This document shows, piece after piece, positions 16,909 to 26,525 of a stretch of 64,000 nucleotides of DNA. Numbering within the stretch: position 1 is the stretch's first letter; each line of letters opens with the position of its first letter. The stretch spans positions 20,413-84,412 of the forward strand of contig CACJXQ010000002.1 of the NCBI GenBank assembly GCA_902597385.1. Reading direction: 5' to 3'. Source of the stretch: an uncultured Pseudomonadota bacterium. GTDB taxonomy: Bacteria; Pseudomonadota; Gammaproteobacteria; Ga0077536. The translations under genes and the position numbers were made by a program. The notes beneath the pieces were generated by a model. It did not search any database, was not told where the DNA came from, and worked only from the letters and a program-made list of their open reading frames with translations.

Positions 16909-18794
16909 GGAGAGAAAAAAGATACTTATCGGCGTGTTTGGCTAAAGGCATAGAAAAGACTTCAGTTGCATCGTCTCATATGGCCTCTGTCTTGGTATTA
17001 TCTATGTTATTTATCGTCAATCTAGATGTTCTAGGGCGTAATCTCTTTTCAATACCCTTTTCTGGTTCAATAGAATTAATTTCTTTGATGCTGCCAGTTG
17101 TAGTATTTTTAGTCATACCAAAGCTTTTATTGAGTGAATCTTTGATAGCTTCGCGTGCTGTTGCTAGCGAATTAGGCAAAAGGTTTGCAGTGTTTGATGT
17201 TTTCTCTAAGGTGAGTTTTTTATTGGTCTGCGTAAGCTTAGCTCTTTTGTTTACGGTAACAAACGCGAGTAATTTCTTACAGAGTTTTGCTGATAAGGAA
17301 TTCCTCGGAGTACCTGGAGATTTCGTCCTGGCTATTTGGCCAGGAAAACTAGGGTTAATGGTCGGCAGTCTTTTGTTCGCTTGTGTTGGTGTCTGCTACT
17401 TTTATATAAAAGTTTGCGAGTTAAAAAATCCGCTGGTACGAATTTTATTAGCACTATTTTTCTGGGCTGCGGCGCTAATTGTGGTTAGCTTTTTTAAGAC
17501 CCACATCTTTCTCGGTCTTACCGGCGTATTTCTTCTTTTGTTTTTAGTTTTTTTGGGCGTCCCCATGTCTTTGTCTTTATTGGGGTCTTCATTAATTGGT
17601 ATTTGGTTGATTAAGGAAGACTTTGGAGTTGCTATTGATACCTTGGGAATGATAGCCAGCGGGGCGGTGTCTGATTACGTTTTCTCGGCAGTACCGATGT
17701 TTATTTTCTTAGGTTTAATTACTAGCGACGCGAATATGGGCAGGGATAGTTTGCGTGTGGTACGGTGGCTGACATTCAAATTGTCGGGAGGACTAGGGAT
17801 AGCCGTTGTTCTAGCTAATGCCTTATTCGCAGCGATGACCGGAATTTCGATAGCCTCAGCGGCAATTTTCAGTAAAATCGCCTATCCCTACATGGTGGAA
17901 GAGGGTTATTCCAAGCGCTTTTCCTTGGGACTTATTGCTGGATCTTCTATTCTAGGCATGCTGATTCCACCGAGTATTTTATTAATCATCTACGGAGTTA
18001 TCGCTGAGGTTTCTATAAATAAATTGTTTTTGGCTGCCGTTATTCCCGGGTTGATCTTGGTAATTTTGTTGATCATAAAAGTGCAAATTTTGTCGTATTT
18101 TAAACTCATTCGAGATGAAGTTGTTAAAGAAGATAACAAAAGACCAGAAAACAATGTTTTCAAGGGATTTCAGGCAGTTTTGATGATTTTACTCGCGGTT
18201 TTAGGGGGTATTTATACTGGAATCTTTACTCCCACTGAGGCTGGTGCAACCGGGACCGCCATCGCTATTATATTCTCAATATTCTTGAAGAGAACAAACA
18301 TCAAACACTTTGCTTGTTCATTGGGCGCGACAACTGCAACATCCGCTAATATCTTATTTTTACTATTAGGCGCCTCTATGTTTGGAATGATGCTTACGCT
18401 TTCAGGTATCCCGCAACATGTCGGGTTGTTGGTCGCCGCTGTAGACATGACTCTAACCGAATTTACTCTTATTTATTTAGTCTTGTTGATTTTTCTGGGT
18501 ATGCTTATCGATTCCACCTCAATCCTGTTGATAATGGTTCCGTTCGCCTTGCCGACAGTGATATCTTTGAATGGAGATTTAATCTGGTTTGGGATTGTCT
18601 CACTTTTGGGGGTTGAGATTGGATTGCTAACCCCACCCTTAGGATTAAGTGTTCTAACCATAAAAGGCTCTTTGGATAACCCTCATATTTCTCTTAAGGA
18701 CATCTTTATCGGTTCGTCTTCCTTTGCTCTAATGATATTTGTCCTGGCTGTCACTATTGTTCTATATCCAAACTTATGTCAATTGTTCTATTAG
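16905..18794 (+). CDS. TRAP transporter fused small/large permease (DctQ-DctM)
   Basis: Start placed at ATG 16905, which forms an ATGA overlap with the SBP stop (ORF-track TTG is 16890). About 629 aa and highly hydrophobic. The C-terminal two-thirds is DctM-like (AMTGISIASAAIFSKIAYP, LLTPPLGLSVL). Confidence 0.85.
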   Translation: MRREKRYLSACLAKGIEKTSVASSHMASVLVLSMLFIVNLDVLGRNLFSIPFSGSIELISLMLPVVVFLVIPKLLLSESLIASRAVASELGKRFAVFDVFSKVSFLLVCVSLALLFTVTNASNFLQSFADKEFLGVPGDFVLAIWPGKLGLMVGSLLFACVGVCYFYIKVCELKNPLVRILLALFFWAAALIVVSFFKTHIFLGLTGVFLLLFLVFLGVPMSLSLLGSSLIGIWLIKEDFGVAIDTLGMIASGAVSDYVFSAVPMFIFLGLITSDANMGRDSLRVVRWLTFKLSGGLGIAVVLANALFAAMTGISIASAAIFSKIAYPYMVEEGYSKRFSLGLIAGSSILGMLIPPSILLIIYGVIAEVSINKLFLAAVIPGLILVILLIIKVQILSYFKLIRDEVVKEDNKRPENNVFKGFQAVLMILLAVLGGIYTGIFTPTEAGATGTAIAIIFSIFLKRTNIKHFACSLGATTATSANILFLLLGASMFGMMLTLSGIPQHVGLLVAAVDMTLTEFTLIYLVLLIFLGMLIDSTSILLIMVPFALPTVISLNGDLIWFGIVSLLGVEIGLLTPPLGLSVLTIKGSLDNPHISLKDIFIGSSSFALMIFVLAVTIVLYPNLCQLFY

Positions 18795-19544
18795 GCCGGA
18801 AAGCTTTTGGATAGACGGTATGCAAAAAATTTGTTTCTTAAACGGGTGTTTAATTCCTTTTTTTTCAGGTCTCGTTCGGTTCGGATTTATCCAAACGGAG
18901 TCCATACCGAACTTAGCTGCTCCTACTATGTCTTCCTCCCAAGAGTCACCAACAAATAGTGTTTCTCTGGCCTCTGTTTCCAGGGAGTCAAGGGCGACAG
19001 AAAAAATTTCGGCCGCAGGCTTTCTTATTCCAACTTCGTCAGAAATTATGATTGAAGAGAATAAGTGACCTAGTTTTTTCTCCTTCAAGATTCTGTGGGC
19101 CGTTTGTGCATCATCAAAGTTTGAAAGAAGCCCTAGCTTATAACTGTTTTTTAACTTTCTTAATTCTAGAATATGAGTTTGCGAGGCGGTAGTTGCGTTA
19201 GCTAAGATTTTCATGTGACAAGATGCTAACCTTGTTGCCAATCGGCTTAGGGTATCTGGCTCAGAAACGTTAAGTTGTAAAAGAATGGTTTTAAATCTTT
19301 CTACACAAGAAATTTCAATGTTTTCTTCTGATTTTTTTTTTGTTATTTCTCCTATAACCTCAATGCAGGCTCTATGGTATTTTTCGAAAGAAAATAGTCT
19401 GCAGTATTCCCCGAGCTCTCTGTAAGTTATCAGATTTGTTGATTTTAATACTTTCTTTTCCCACAGAAATGTTGGGATTTTTTCAGGATTCCAATGGACT
19501 ACGGTGCTAAATAAGTCGAATATTATTGCCTGGTAGGTTTTCAA
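18774..19544 (-). CDS. HAD-superfamily hydrolase, motif I lacking the second Asp
   Basis: 256 aa. Motif I is IIFDLFSTV (D-x-F rather than D-x-D). Motif-IV-like VGDSWEEDI lies near the C-terminus. The 3' end overlaps the convergent TRAP permease by 21 nt. Confidence 0.7.
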   Translation of the reverse strand: MKTYQAIIFDLFSTVVHWNPEKIPTFLWEKKVLKSTNLITYRELGEYCRLFSFEKYHRACIEVIGEITKKKSEENIEISCVERFKTILLQLNVSEPDTLSRLATRLASCHMKILANATTASQTHILELRKLKNSYKLGLLSNFDDAQTAHRILKEKKLGHLFSSIIISDEVGIRKPAAEIFSVALDSLETEARETLFVGDSWEEDIVGAAKFGMDSVWINPNRTRPEKKGIKHPFKKQIFCIPSIQKLSGLIEQLT

Positions 19545-19553
19545 TTCTTTTTC

Positions 19554-20237
19554 TTAATCCCAAGGGCCCGCAAGGGAAGCTCTTTGGGCAACCTCTATCC
19601 AATTTCCATCTGGATCTTTTAGAAATGATATTTTAGCTATATCTCCAATCGCATAAGGCTCTTCTCCTACTTGAGCACCAGCGGCAACCATCCCAGAAAA
19701 GGTTTCGTCAATTTTCATTACGTGGAGAGTGAGATATCTGAAGCCAAGATTTACCCAGTGCCCTGCAAAAAGCTTCTCCTCTACCTCATCTAGAAATAAA
19801 AAACAGTTACCTACTTGAAATGTTCTATCATTTTCCCGCTTGAAGCCCATCACATTTTCGTAAAAGTTTGCATGGGACTTTAAATTATTAACCTTCACTT
19901 TTATTGCGGTTTCTTTTATTCCCTTGAAACCTACTGGCACAAGCGTAATTAATTCACCGTCAGGATTCACAATGGTTTTTGGAGAGCTTATATTTTCAAC
20001 CGCTAGGTACAATTCAGAGTAGCCTGTAGGTGGCTTCGCAAGTTTTTTCTCAGCGCAGTTAACTTTAATTATTGTGTTTCTAAATGGAAGGCGGAATTGT
20101 CTTAGGCCGTCGTTATACGGGACCGGTTCGTCGCTTAATAAACCGAGCTCTTTATTCCAGAATGCTAGAGTGTCGTCGAGATTGGCAGTAAAAAAACCAA
20201 TATCTAGAGCATCCTTTGAAAGTGTATATTTAGTCAT
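19554..20237 (-). CDS. VOC (glyoxalase/bleomycin-resistance/dioxygenase) family protein, two-domain
   Basis: 227 aa. Two beta-alpha-beta-beta-beta modules. The C-terminus ISFLKDPDGNWIEV is the typical VOC end motif. Confidence 0.7.
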   Translation of the reverse strand: MTKYTLSKDALDIGFFTANLDDTLAFWNKELGLLSDEPVPYNDGLRQFRLPFRNTIIKVNCAEKKLAKPPTGYSELYLAVENISSPKTIVNPDGELITLVPVGFKGIKETAIKVKVNNLKSHANFYENVMGFKRENDRTFQVGNCFLFLDEVEEKLFAGHWVNLGFRYLTLHVMKIDETFSGMVAAGAQVGEEPYAIGDIAKISFLKDPDGNWIEVAQRASLAGPWD

Positions 20238-20266
20238 TGCCGGCTTGCTACCTTGCGTGGCCTGAT

Positions 20267-21652
20267 TTAAATGCCCATTCTTCTCAAAGCTTGCTTGGTC
20301 ATGTATCGAGACACGAAATCTTCTTCTGGGTCAAGAGCGAATTCCCATGAGCCTCTACTAGTAGGGGCGTTATGGAAACGGGTGACGTCGTTTCTTTGAA
20401 CATCGTGACTCATGGCCCACCACCAACTCCATTCCGGTCGGCCATCAGAGGTCAAAATAGAATGATTGTCGGTTTGAGCGAGTCCACCTCCTCCTTCTAG
20501 GCCTTTCCAGACGTCGCCATTTCTATCGTAAGTAATTGCCATTGCGGCGCCCATGTTCCTGGTGTCCAGAAAAATTCTCCTTTTGCTGACTGGTGCACTA
20601 GGGAAGCCGATAGGTTCACCTTCAAACACTATGACTTCTGGAATCAGGGATTTCCCAACATAATAGTAGGACTCGTCTTGCTTGCCGCCTATCAAGGGGG
20701 GCGCCCAATTTGGGTTATCTGGGTGCCATTGAAAATGTGGTGATGCTAGGAAGGGGCCTCTATGGATTATTTTCCAGTTGCCCCAAGTAAGCATAGGATC
20801 ACCTGATGCCCAAGCGTCAGAAAGATAAAGGTTCATGCCAGGCATATATGGTTCGAATCTCTGGTTAGCGGGAAACCTCCTAACCCTTTTTAATTGAGGT
20901 AAGTAGCCCCACAAATCAGGGATCTCTCTTTGATCGTACTTCCAGTAGCTAAGAAAGGCGTGACCTTTTACGTCCAATGTATAGGTAAACCAAATCACCT
21001 GCATTCTGGCTAGATGGTCGTAGTTGCTCAAGTAGGGACTGCTTTCTCGAGGATGAACTAATCCGGTACATTGTTGCTCTGCCCAAATCCATTCGTACTG
21101 GAACCGTTGTCGTCCCTCCTCATCGACTGTAACAGCGGGAATTGTGTACATGGCTTTGTCATGTCTACCCCAACTAAGGGTGATATTAGCTATTGCTTCG
21201 TCGCCGTTGTTCACTTCCGGAAAAGGTAGGCCGCCGATCCAAGGGCTTCCGTCTTTTGTAAAAACATTGCCATCCCCATCGAACACTGCTTGCCCTTGGT
21301 TTCTGATTGTTGCATCCAAAAAGTAGGGAGGGTACATAGTGCTAGCATCTTGGATAGATGGTTGGATAAAGAACTTTCTCCCATCCTGGAGAACTTCCTG
21401 ATAGGTTATTGGGTCAATTAAGTCTTGGACTAAAAGCACATTATCGGCGTCGATTACGTCTCCCACTTTGACTTGTCCTTTGGTAAAGGTTTCTATGTCT
21501 AAAAGTTCGTCAGGGTAAGCTTTGGCCGCAGAGTAGGATCGGCAGATTTCGGGCCATAAAGATGTCAATACCCCGGCCCCTCCAGCTCCCAAGGCGGTCT
21601 TTTCCAAAAAAACTCTTCGACTGTAGTCGAAATCAAATCGTTTAACATGCAT
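20267..21652 (-). CDS. Tat-signal exported protein, DUF1329-like (tentative)
   Basis: 461 aa. Twin-arginine signal SRRVFLEKTALGAGGAG. The block GGLPFPEVNNGDEAIANITLSWGRHD resembles the DUF1329 core (GG-PFP...NH-x-RYRG). The family call is from memory only. Confidence 0.5.
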   Translation of the reverse strand: MHVKRFDFDYSRRVFLEKTALGAGGAGVLTSLWPEICRSYSAAKAYPDELLDIETFTKGQVKVGDVIDADNVLLVQDLIDPITYQEVLQDGRKFFIQPSIQDASTMYPPYFLDATIRNQGQAVFDGDGNVFTKDGSPWIGGLPFPEVNNGDEAIANITLSWGRHDKAMYTIPAVTVDEEGRQRFQYEWIWAEQQCTGLVHPRESSPYLSNYDHLARMQVIWFTYTLDVKGHAFLSYWKYDQREIPDLWGYLPQLKRVRRFPANQRFEPYMPGMNLYLSDAWASGDPMLTWGNWKIIHRGPFLASPHFQWHPDNPNWAPPLIGGKQDESYYYVGKSLIPEVIVFEGEPIGFPSAPVSKRRIFLDTRNMGAAMAITYDRNGDVWKGLEGGGGLAQTDNHSILTSDGRPEWSWWWAMSHDVQRNDVTRFHNAPTSRGSWEFALDPEEDFVSRYMTKQALRRMGI

Positions 21653-21903
21653 AGTTTTTCCCTCAGTTTAAGTCAGGTTAGCGGTAGAAAAATGTGAGCA
21701 TTCTCCACTTATACTACATTAAAGTTTAAGGGCAAGTTAATATTTGAGTTCTAGATTTTATTCATTTACCAATGTCCACTGAGGATTCCCATGAAACCTT
21801 AGCATGCCCTAGGAACCAGGTTTTGATGGGGATTTTAGATAATCTTAGACATCAGGAGCTGATATCGAAGATTACTTCTAGGGTGAGGGTGGTTAGCAGG
21901 CAG

Positions 21904-22296
21904 TTATCTTTTGCTGAATTGAGGCTTTTTACGGGCTTTATGAAGGCCAATTTTTTTACGCTCGACTTCTCTGGCATCTCGGGTCACGAAGCCTCCCGCT
22001 CTCAAGGGCACTCTGAAACTTGAATCATACTCTATCAGTGCCCTAGTTATACCATGTTGTATGGCCCCAGCTTGTCCGGTATTTCCTCCTCCTCGGACTG
22101 TGATTTTGATATCTACTGAATCCAGCATATTGACGCATTCTAACGGTTGTCGCACTAACATCCTGCCCGTTACCCGACCAAAGTACTCGTCAAGGGACTT
22201 TCCATTTACGTATATTTTCCCGTCTCCTGATCTCAAAAAAACCCTTGCTGTCGATGTTTTTCTTCGGCCTGTACGCAGATGCTCAGTTTTTTCCAT
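21904..22296 (-). CDS. rpsI: 30S ribosomal protein S9
   Basis: 130 aa. [12 protein letters not shown]...[19 protein letters not shown]...[24 protein letters not shown] is canonical S9. Confidence 0.97.
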   Translation of the reverse strand: MEKTEHLRTGRRKTSTARVFLRSGDGKIYVNGKSLDEYFGRVTGRMLVRQPLECVNMLDSVDIKITVRGGGNTGQAGAIQHGITRALIEYDSSFRVPLRAGGFVTRDAREVERKKIGLHKARKKPQFSKR

Positions 22297-22299
22297 GTC

Positions 22300-22731
22300 T
22301 TATGATAGTTCCAATGTTAATGGTTGCTGGGCTGAGTGCTCGTGTTGTGGTCCGCTGTACACTTTTAGTTTTTTAAACATAGCACGGCCAAGCGGTCCTT
22401 TTGGTAACATTCCTTTGACGGCATATTCTATCGCCGCGGTTGGGGACTTACTAAGCAAATCCTCGAAGTTTGTGCTTTTAATTCCACCCGGATACCCAGA
22501 ATGGCGGTAGTAGGTTTTGTTTTTAAACTTGTTCCCGGTCACCCTTATATGCTCGGCGTTTATAACTACTATATAGTCCCCAGTATCCGCATGAGGGGTG
22601 TACTCTGGCTTGTGTTTACCTCTGAGCCGTTTGGCAATCTCGCTCGCCAGCCTACCAAGCACTCTGTCGGTGGCGTCTACCACGTACCAGTCTCGCCTAA
22701 TGTCTGCTGGGGTTATCGAGAATGTTTTCAT
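22300..22731 (-). CDS. rplM: 50S ribosomal protein L13
   Basis: [20 protein letters not shown]...[22 protein letters not shown] is canonical L13. It lies 3 nt upstream of rpsI. The start is taken at the second Met. Confidence 0.97.
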   Translation of the reverse strand: MKTFSITPADIRRDWYVVDATDRVLGRLASEIAKRLRGKHKPEYTPHADTGDYIVVINAEHIRVTGNKFKNKTYYRHSGYPGGIKSTNFEDLLSKSPTAAIEYAVKGMLPKGPLGRAMFKKLKVYSGPQHEHSAQQPLTLELS

Positions 22732-22827
22732 CAAACTTCACTACCAATCTGCGGCAGGATGAACCCACCTGTAAGTAAAAAAAGAAATGCAACCGGCCAA
22801 TATTACGAGTAACGTTGATAACTGTCA

Positions 22828-23532
22828 ATGATAGAAAGTATTATTAGGGAAATTTTTGATATTGAGGAAATACTGGTGCCTTTAGAGGGATTTAGAAAAG
22901 GTTCTGTACTTGACGCATTGATCGAACGGTTTGATTTGATTTTCCGCAAAGAACAGAATTTCTTAGTTGACCACAGTCCAGTTGGTTATCCAGCCGTAGA
23001 AATTGAAAAGATTTGGGCGAGTGAGTCGGAGAGGAGGAGCGTAATAGCATTAGTCCGTATAAACCATGCAGGCGAAGTCTCTGCGCAGGGTCTGTATCTA
23101 GGGCAAGCTATGTTTTCCAGGAATCAAAATAATTTTCTATTCTTACTTAAAGCCGCCTCCGAAGAACGCCTTCATCTTGCTTGGTGTACTCGTAGATTAA
23201 AAGAATTGAAGGGTACAGTCAGTCTTTTCACCCCAATATGGTTTTTGGGATCTTTTGTCATTGGGGCTACGGTTTCCTTAAGCGGTGACCCTGTAAGCTT
23301 GGGTTTCGTAGAGGAGACGGAGAGGCAGGTGGCGGCACATCTGGACGGACACCTCGCGAGAATCCCCCATGATGACAAAGTTACGCGTTCAATTTTACAA
23401 CGAATGCGGGAGGAGGAGCTGGTCCACGGTGGGAAAGCTGAATCATTAGGTGGTGCCACGCTACCGCCGTTCGCGAGCAAGCTTATGGGAATTGCGGCCT
23501 TGGTAATGAAAGAGACCGCTCAAAAATTTTAA
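22828..23532 (+). CDS. coq7: demethoxyubiquinone hydroxylase (Coq7-type di-iron)
   Basis: 234 aa. Di-iron carboxylate repeats: RINHAGEVSAQGLY...EERLHLAW and EETERQVAAHL...REEELVHG. Confidence 0.85.
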   Translation: MIESIIREIFDIEEILVPLEGFRKGSVLDALIERFDLIFRKEQNFLVDHSPVGYPAVEIEKIWASESERRSVIALVRINHAGEVSAQGLYLGQAMFSRNQNNFLFLLKAASEERLHLAWCTRRLKELKGTVSLFTPIWFLGSFVIGATVSLSGDPVSLGFVEETERQVAAHLDGHLARIPHDDKVTRSILQRMREEELVHGGKAESLGGATLPPFASKLMGIAALVMKETAQKF

Positions 23533-23568
23533 CACTTAGAATCATCTCTTGTTTGGGGGCTGCAAAAA

Positions 23569-24921
23569 ATGCGAATTCTGAAAATATCTGTCTTAGCAAT
23601 TTACCTGATATTTTGGGCGGCCAAATCATTCGCGGCCCTGCCCGCTAGTCAGCAGTATACTTTGGCTCCCATGCTTACTACTGCCACTAGCGCAGTTGTA
23701 AATATTTCTACTGAAGGTAGAGTCGAGTTAAGATTTAATCCTCTTTTCAATGATCCGTTTTTCAAGAGATTTTTTAATTTTCCTGATCAACGCCAGCAGA
23801 GAAAAACTCAAAGCTTGGGCTCTGGGGTCATTATAGATTCAAAACGTGGCTTGATAGTTACCAACTATCATGTGATAAAAAGCGCCGATGTAATCAAAGT
23901 AAAATTGTCGGATGGTAGGATATTCGAGGCAGATTTAGTTGGTTCAGATTCAGAAACAGATATAGCTGTCTTGAGGATTAAAGCTAAAAATATTGTTTCT
24001 TTAGAGCTATTTAATTCCGATAAACTAAGAGTGGGTGACTTCGTAGTAGCAATAGGCAACCCTTTCGGTTTGGGTCAAACCGTTACCTCGGGAATTGTGA
24101 GCGCTTTGGCGCGATCCGGTCTTGGGATAATCGGATATGAAGATTTGATTCAAACTGATGCTTCTATCAACCCAGGTAATTCCGGGGGAGCTTTGGTGAA
24201 TCTCGATGGAAAATTAATAGGAATTAATACTGCTATTTATTCCCAGAGTGGCGGCAACATAGGAATTGGATTTGCTATTCCTTCCAATATGGCTAGGGAA
24301 GTTACGAACCAGATAATAGAACACGGAGAGGTAAGAAGGGGGTACATAGGTGCCAAATTTCAGGATTTGGATCGCGCTCTTATCGAGGCCTTCGGATTAT
24401 CTGTTGAAAGAGGTGCAGTTGTTGTGTCGGTTTCGAGTGGCTCTCCATCAGATCAAGCTGGGCTGGAGGCTGGCGATGTCATCGTATCTATGAATGGGAG
24501 AAAAATTAACGGGGCATCTGATCTCCGTAATCGGCTCGGGTTAGAACAACCCGGTAACTTGGTCTTACTGGATTGTTTAAAATCAAAAACATTGGTAAGC
24601 GCATCATTGACAGTTGGTGATTACAAAGATGCTCTGCAAACTAAGCAATTCAAAAATAGCGTATTGTCCGGTGTTTCTGTTGTCGCTATTCCTAATTCGT
24701 CTGGGGTCTTTGGGAGAATCCGTGGTGTTATGATTTTCAATGTTCAAAAAAAGAGTAAGGCTTGGGCGGCTGGGTTGCGCAAGGGCGATATCATAAGCTC
24801 TGTAAATCGACGAGATGTGAGAAATGTCGAACAATTTTTAGATGCTTTTAATAACTCAAAAGAAAAAGTTCTTCTCAGAGTTTTTCGAGACGGTAATAGT
24901 GCTCTCGTTTTGGTTCAATAG
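23569..24921 (+). CDS. periplasmic serine endoprotease, DegP/DegQ/MucD family
   Basis: 450 aa. Signal peptide present. The catalytic triad context is TNYHV, DIAVL, GNSGGALVNLDGKLIGINTAI. Two PDZ-like C-terminal regions. Confidence 0.92.
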   Translation: MRILKISVLAIYLIFWAAKSFAALPASQQYTLAPMLTTATSAVVNISTEGRVELRFNPLFNDPFFKRFFNFPDQRQQRKTQSLGSGVIIDSKRGLIVTNYHVIKSADVIKVKLSDGRIFEADLVGSDSETDIAVLRIKAKNIVSLELFNSDKLRVGDFVVAIGNPFGLGQTVTSGIVSALARSGLGIIGYEDLIQTDASINPGNSGGALVNLDGKLIGINTAIYSQSGGNIGIGFAIPSNMAREVTNQIIEHGEVRRGYIGAKFQDLDRALIEAFGLSVERGAVVVSVSSGSPSDQAGLEAGDVIVSMNGRKINGASDLRNRLGLEQPGNLVLLDCLKSKTLVSASLTVGDYKDALQTKQFKNSVLSGVSVVAIPNSSGVFGRIRGVMIFNVQKKSKAWAAGLRKGDIISSVNRRDVRNVEQFLDAFNNSKEKVLLRVFRDGNSALVLVQ

Positions 24922-24925
24922 GGAT

Positions 24926-25699
24926 TCACTGATTAAGAAGTTTTTCAATCAATGATAAATTCAAATAGTTATGACCAAAGTTTTTCCCAGTCACCACCTC
25001 AAATGGTCTATTCGGTTCTCCCATGCAATCAATTACCAAACAAGACTCTTCAAAAATATTTTTTGAAGTCATAGGGTGGGTTGTGATAATGGTTTTTAGA
25101 GAAGCCAGCACTGCTGCCATCAGACCATTTTGAGTATCCTCTATGGCCACTACTTGTTCTACATTTAAGGAGCTTTTTCTAAGAACATTTTTATAGACAG
25201 CAGGGTTGGGTTTTTTTTCTTTTGTTGTGTCACTTGATTCTACTACATCAAACAGTTTTCTCCACTCGGATCCGAGATTGTACTTAAGAAGCGTGTCGAC
25301 GTTTTCTAAAGAAGAACTAGTAGCAATGTTCAAACTAATTTTTTCATTAATTAATTCGTCGATTAATCGTAATACGCCAGGTCGTAGATTAATTTTTTGT
25401 TCCGAGAGGACCTGTCTATAAATTCTACTTTTTCTTTTATGCATATTAGAAATCAGTGTTTGGAATGCCTTTTCAGTTCGGAATTTTGTTTGAAGAGTTG
25501 AGCCAAAACTTGTCATTCGCTCTTTTCCACCAGATATTGACAGTAACTCAACATATTTCTCTTCAGACCAGTGCCAATCTAGGTCGAATTCTTGAAACGT
25601 TCTATTAAATGCTATCCGATGTATTTCTTCCGTATCGGCTAATGTTCCGTCCACATCAAATATTATGCCTCTGAGCTTAAGACTTTGATTGTCCGACAT
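24926..25699 (-). CDS. HAD-superfamily phosphatase (CbbY/beta-phosphoglucomutase-like)
   Basis: Canonical motif I, IIFDVDGTLADTE. Start placed at ATG 25699 (ORF-track TTG is 25720). Confidence 0.8.
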   Translation of the reverse strand: MSDNQSLKLRGIIFDVDGTLADTEEIHRIAFNRTFQEFDLDWHWSEEKYVELLSISGGKERMTSFGSTLQTKFRTEKAFQTLISNMHKRKSRIYRQVLSEQKINLRPGVLRLIDELINEKISLNIATSSSLENVDTLLKYNLGSEWRKLFDVVESSDTTKEKKPNPAVYKNVLRKSSLNVEQVVAIEDTQNGLMAAVLASLKTIITTHPMTSKNIFEESCLVIDCMGEPNRPFEVVTGKNFGHNYLNLSLIEKLLNQ

Positions 25700-25739
25700 A
25701 ATATATAATCCCTTTCCCAAAAGAGAAATTTTTATAATT

Positions 25740-26420
25740 CTAACGTCGCAGGAGTCTAATCCAGCGCCACAGATTAAGCAAACCGGCTAGCGATGCGGCG
25801 AGGTAGGTGAGCGAACAAGCAAGAAGTATTTGTTTCGCCACTTTTAGGTCTTCCTTTTTGAGGTAACCGGCGGACAGTATCGGGAGGGCTCTTTTAAAAC
25901 TAGCGTCTAGCTCTGTAGGTAGCGTTAGAAGGTGTATTAAAACCGGAAGTGCCATTACTCCGAACGCTGATAAAAACACAATACCGCCGACCATCGGCAT
26001 CCTGGTTAAAAATACTATGATAGGGCTAGCAAGCAAAATAATGGAGGCTAGTTTTTCAGCTTTTGCCGCCCACCTAACAAGTGACGTCCTCAGCCTCAGC
26101 GGTTTAAACCCTATGTGGTCCTGGTAGGCATGTCCAATTTCATGGCCTGCCACAACGATGGCGGTTAGCGACCTGCTGTGGAAATTTTCTCTTGATAAAA
26201 CGACGCTTTTAGATTCGGGATCGTAATGGTCTCCTAAGTTCCTTTGGTCCTCTAAAATCTTGCAATCAAATAGCTTAAGATTGGTAATCAGGTGTTGCGC
26301 AAATTGTTCTCCTGAACCAGGTATGTCATTCCTTTCATAGTTATTTTTTGCCATTATTCTCTTTGCCCATACCTGCGGCAAAAAGAGTAAAACTAAGCCG
26401 GCTAATAAAATAATGATCAT
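25740..26420 (-). CDS. membrane zinc metallopeptidase, YugP family
   Basis: 226 aa. It has an N-terminal TM segment, the HEIGHAYQD zinc motif and C-terminal TM segments. Confidence 0.75.
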   Translation of the reverse strand: MIIILLAGLVLLFLPQVWAKRIMAKNNYERNDIPGSGEQFAQHLITNLKLFDCKILEDQRNLGDHYDPESKSVVLSRENFHSRSLTAIVVAGHEIGHAYQDHIGFKPLRLRTSLVRWAAKAEKLASIILLASPIIVFLTRMPMVGGIVFLSAFGVMALPVLIHLLTLPTELDASFKRALPILSAGYLKKEDLKVAKQILLACSLTYLAASLAGLLNLWRWIRLLRR

Positions 26421-26525
26421 ATTTGTGCATGCTCTAGATAAAAGTTTATAACTAGTCTATATAAAATTAGAGTTAAATAAATGTAATAATTGAGTAATTT
26501 CTATCATATTTTTGAACTGTGAAAA

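Noticed and set aside
21772-22510. Plus-strand ORFs 21772..22023 and 22061..22510, opposite rpsI and rplM.
   Set aside because: They overlap canonical ribosomal protein genes and have no motifs. The part of 21772..22023 outside rpsI is only ~44 codons, with no RBS.
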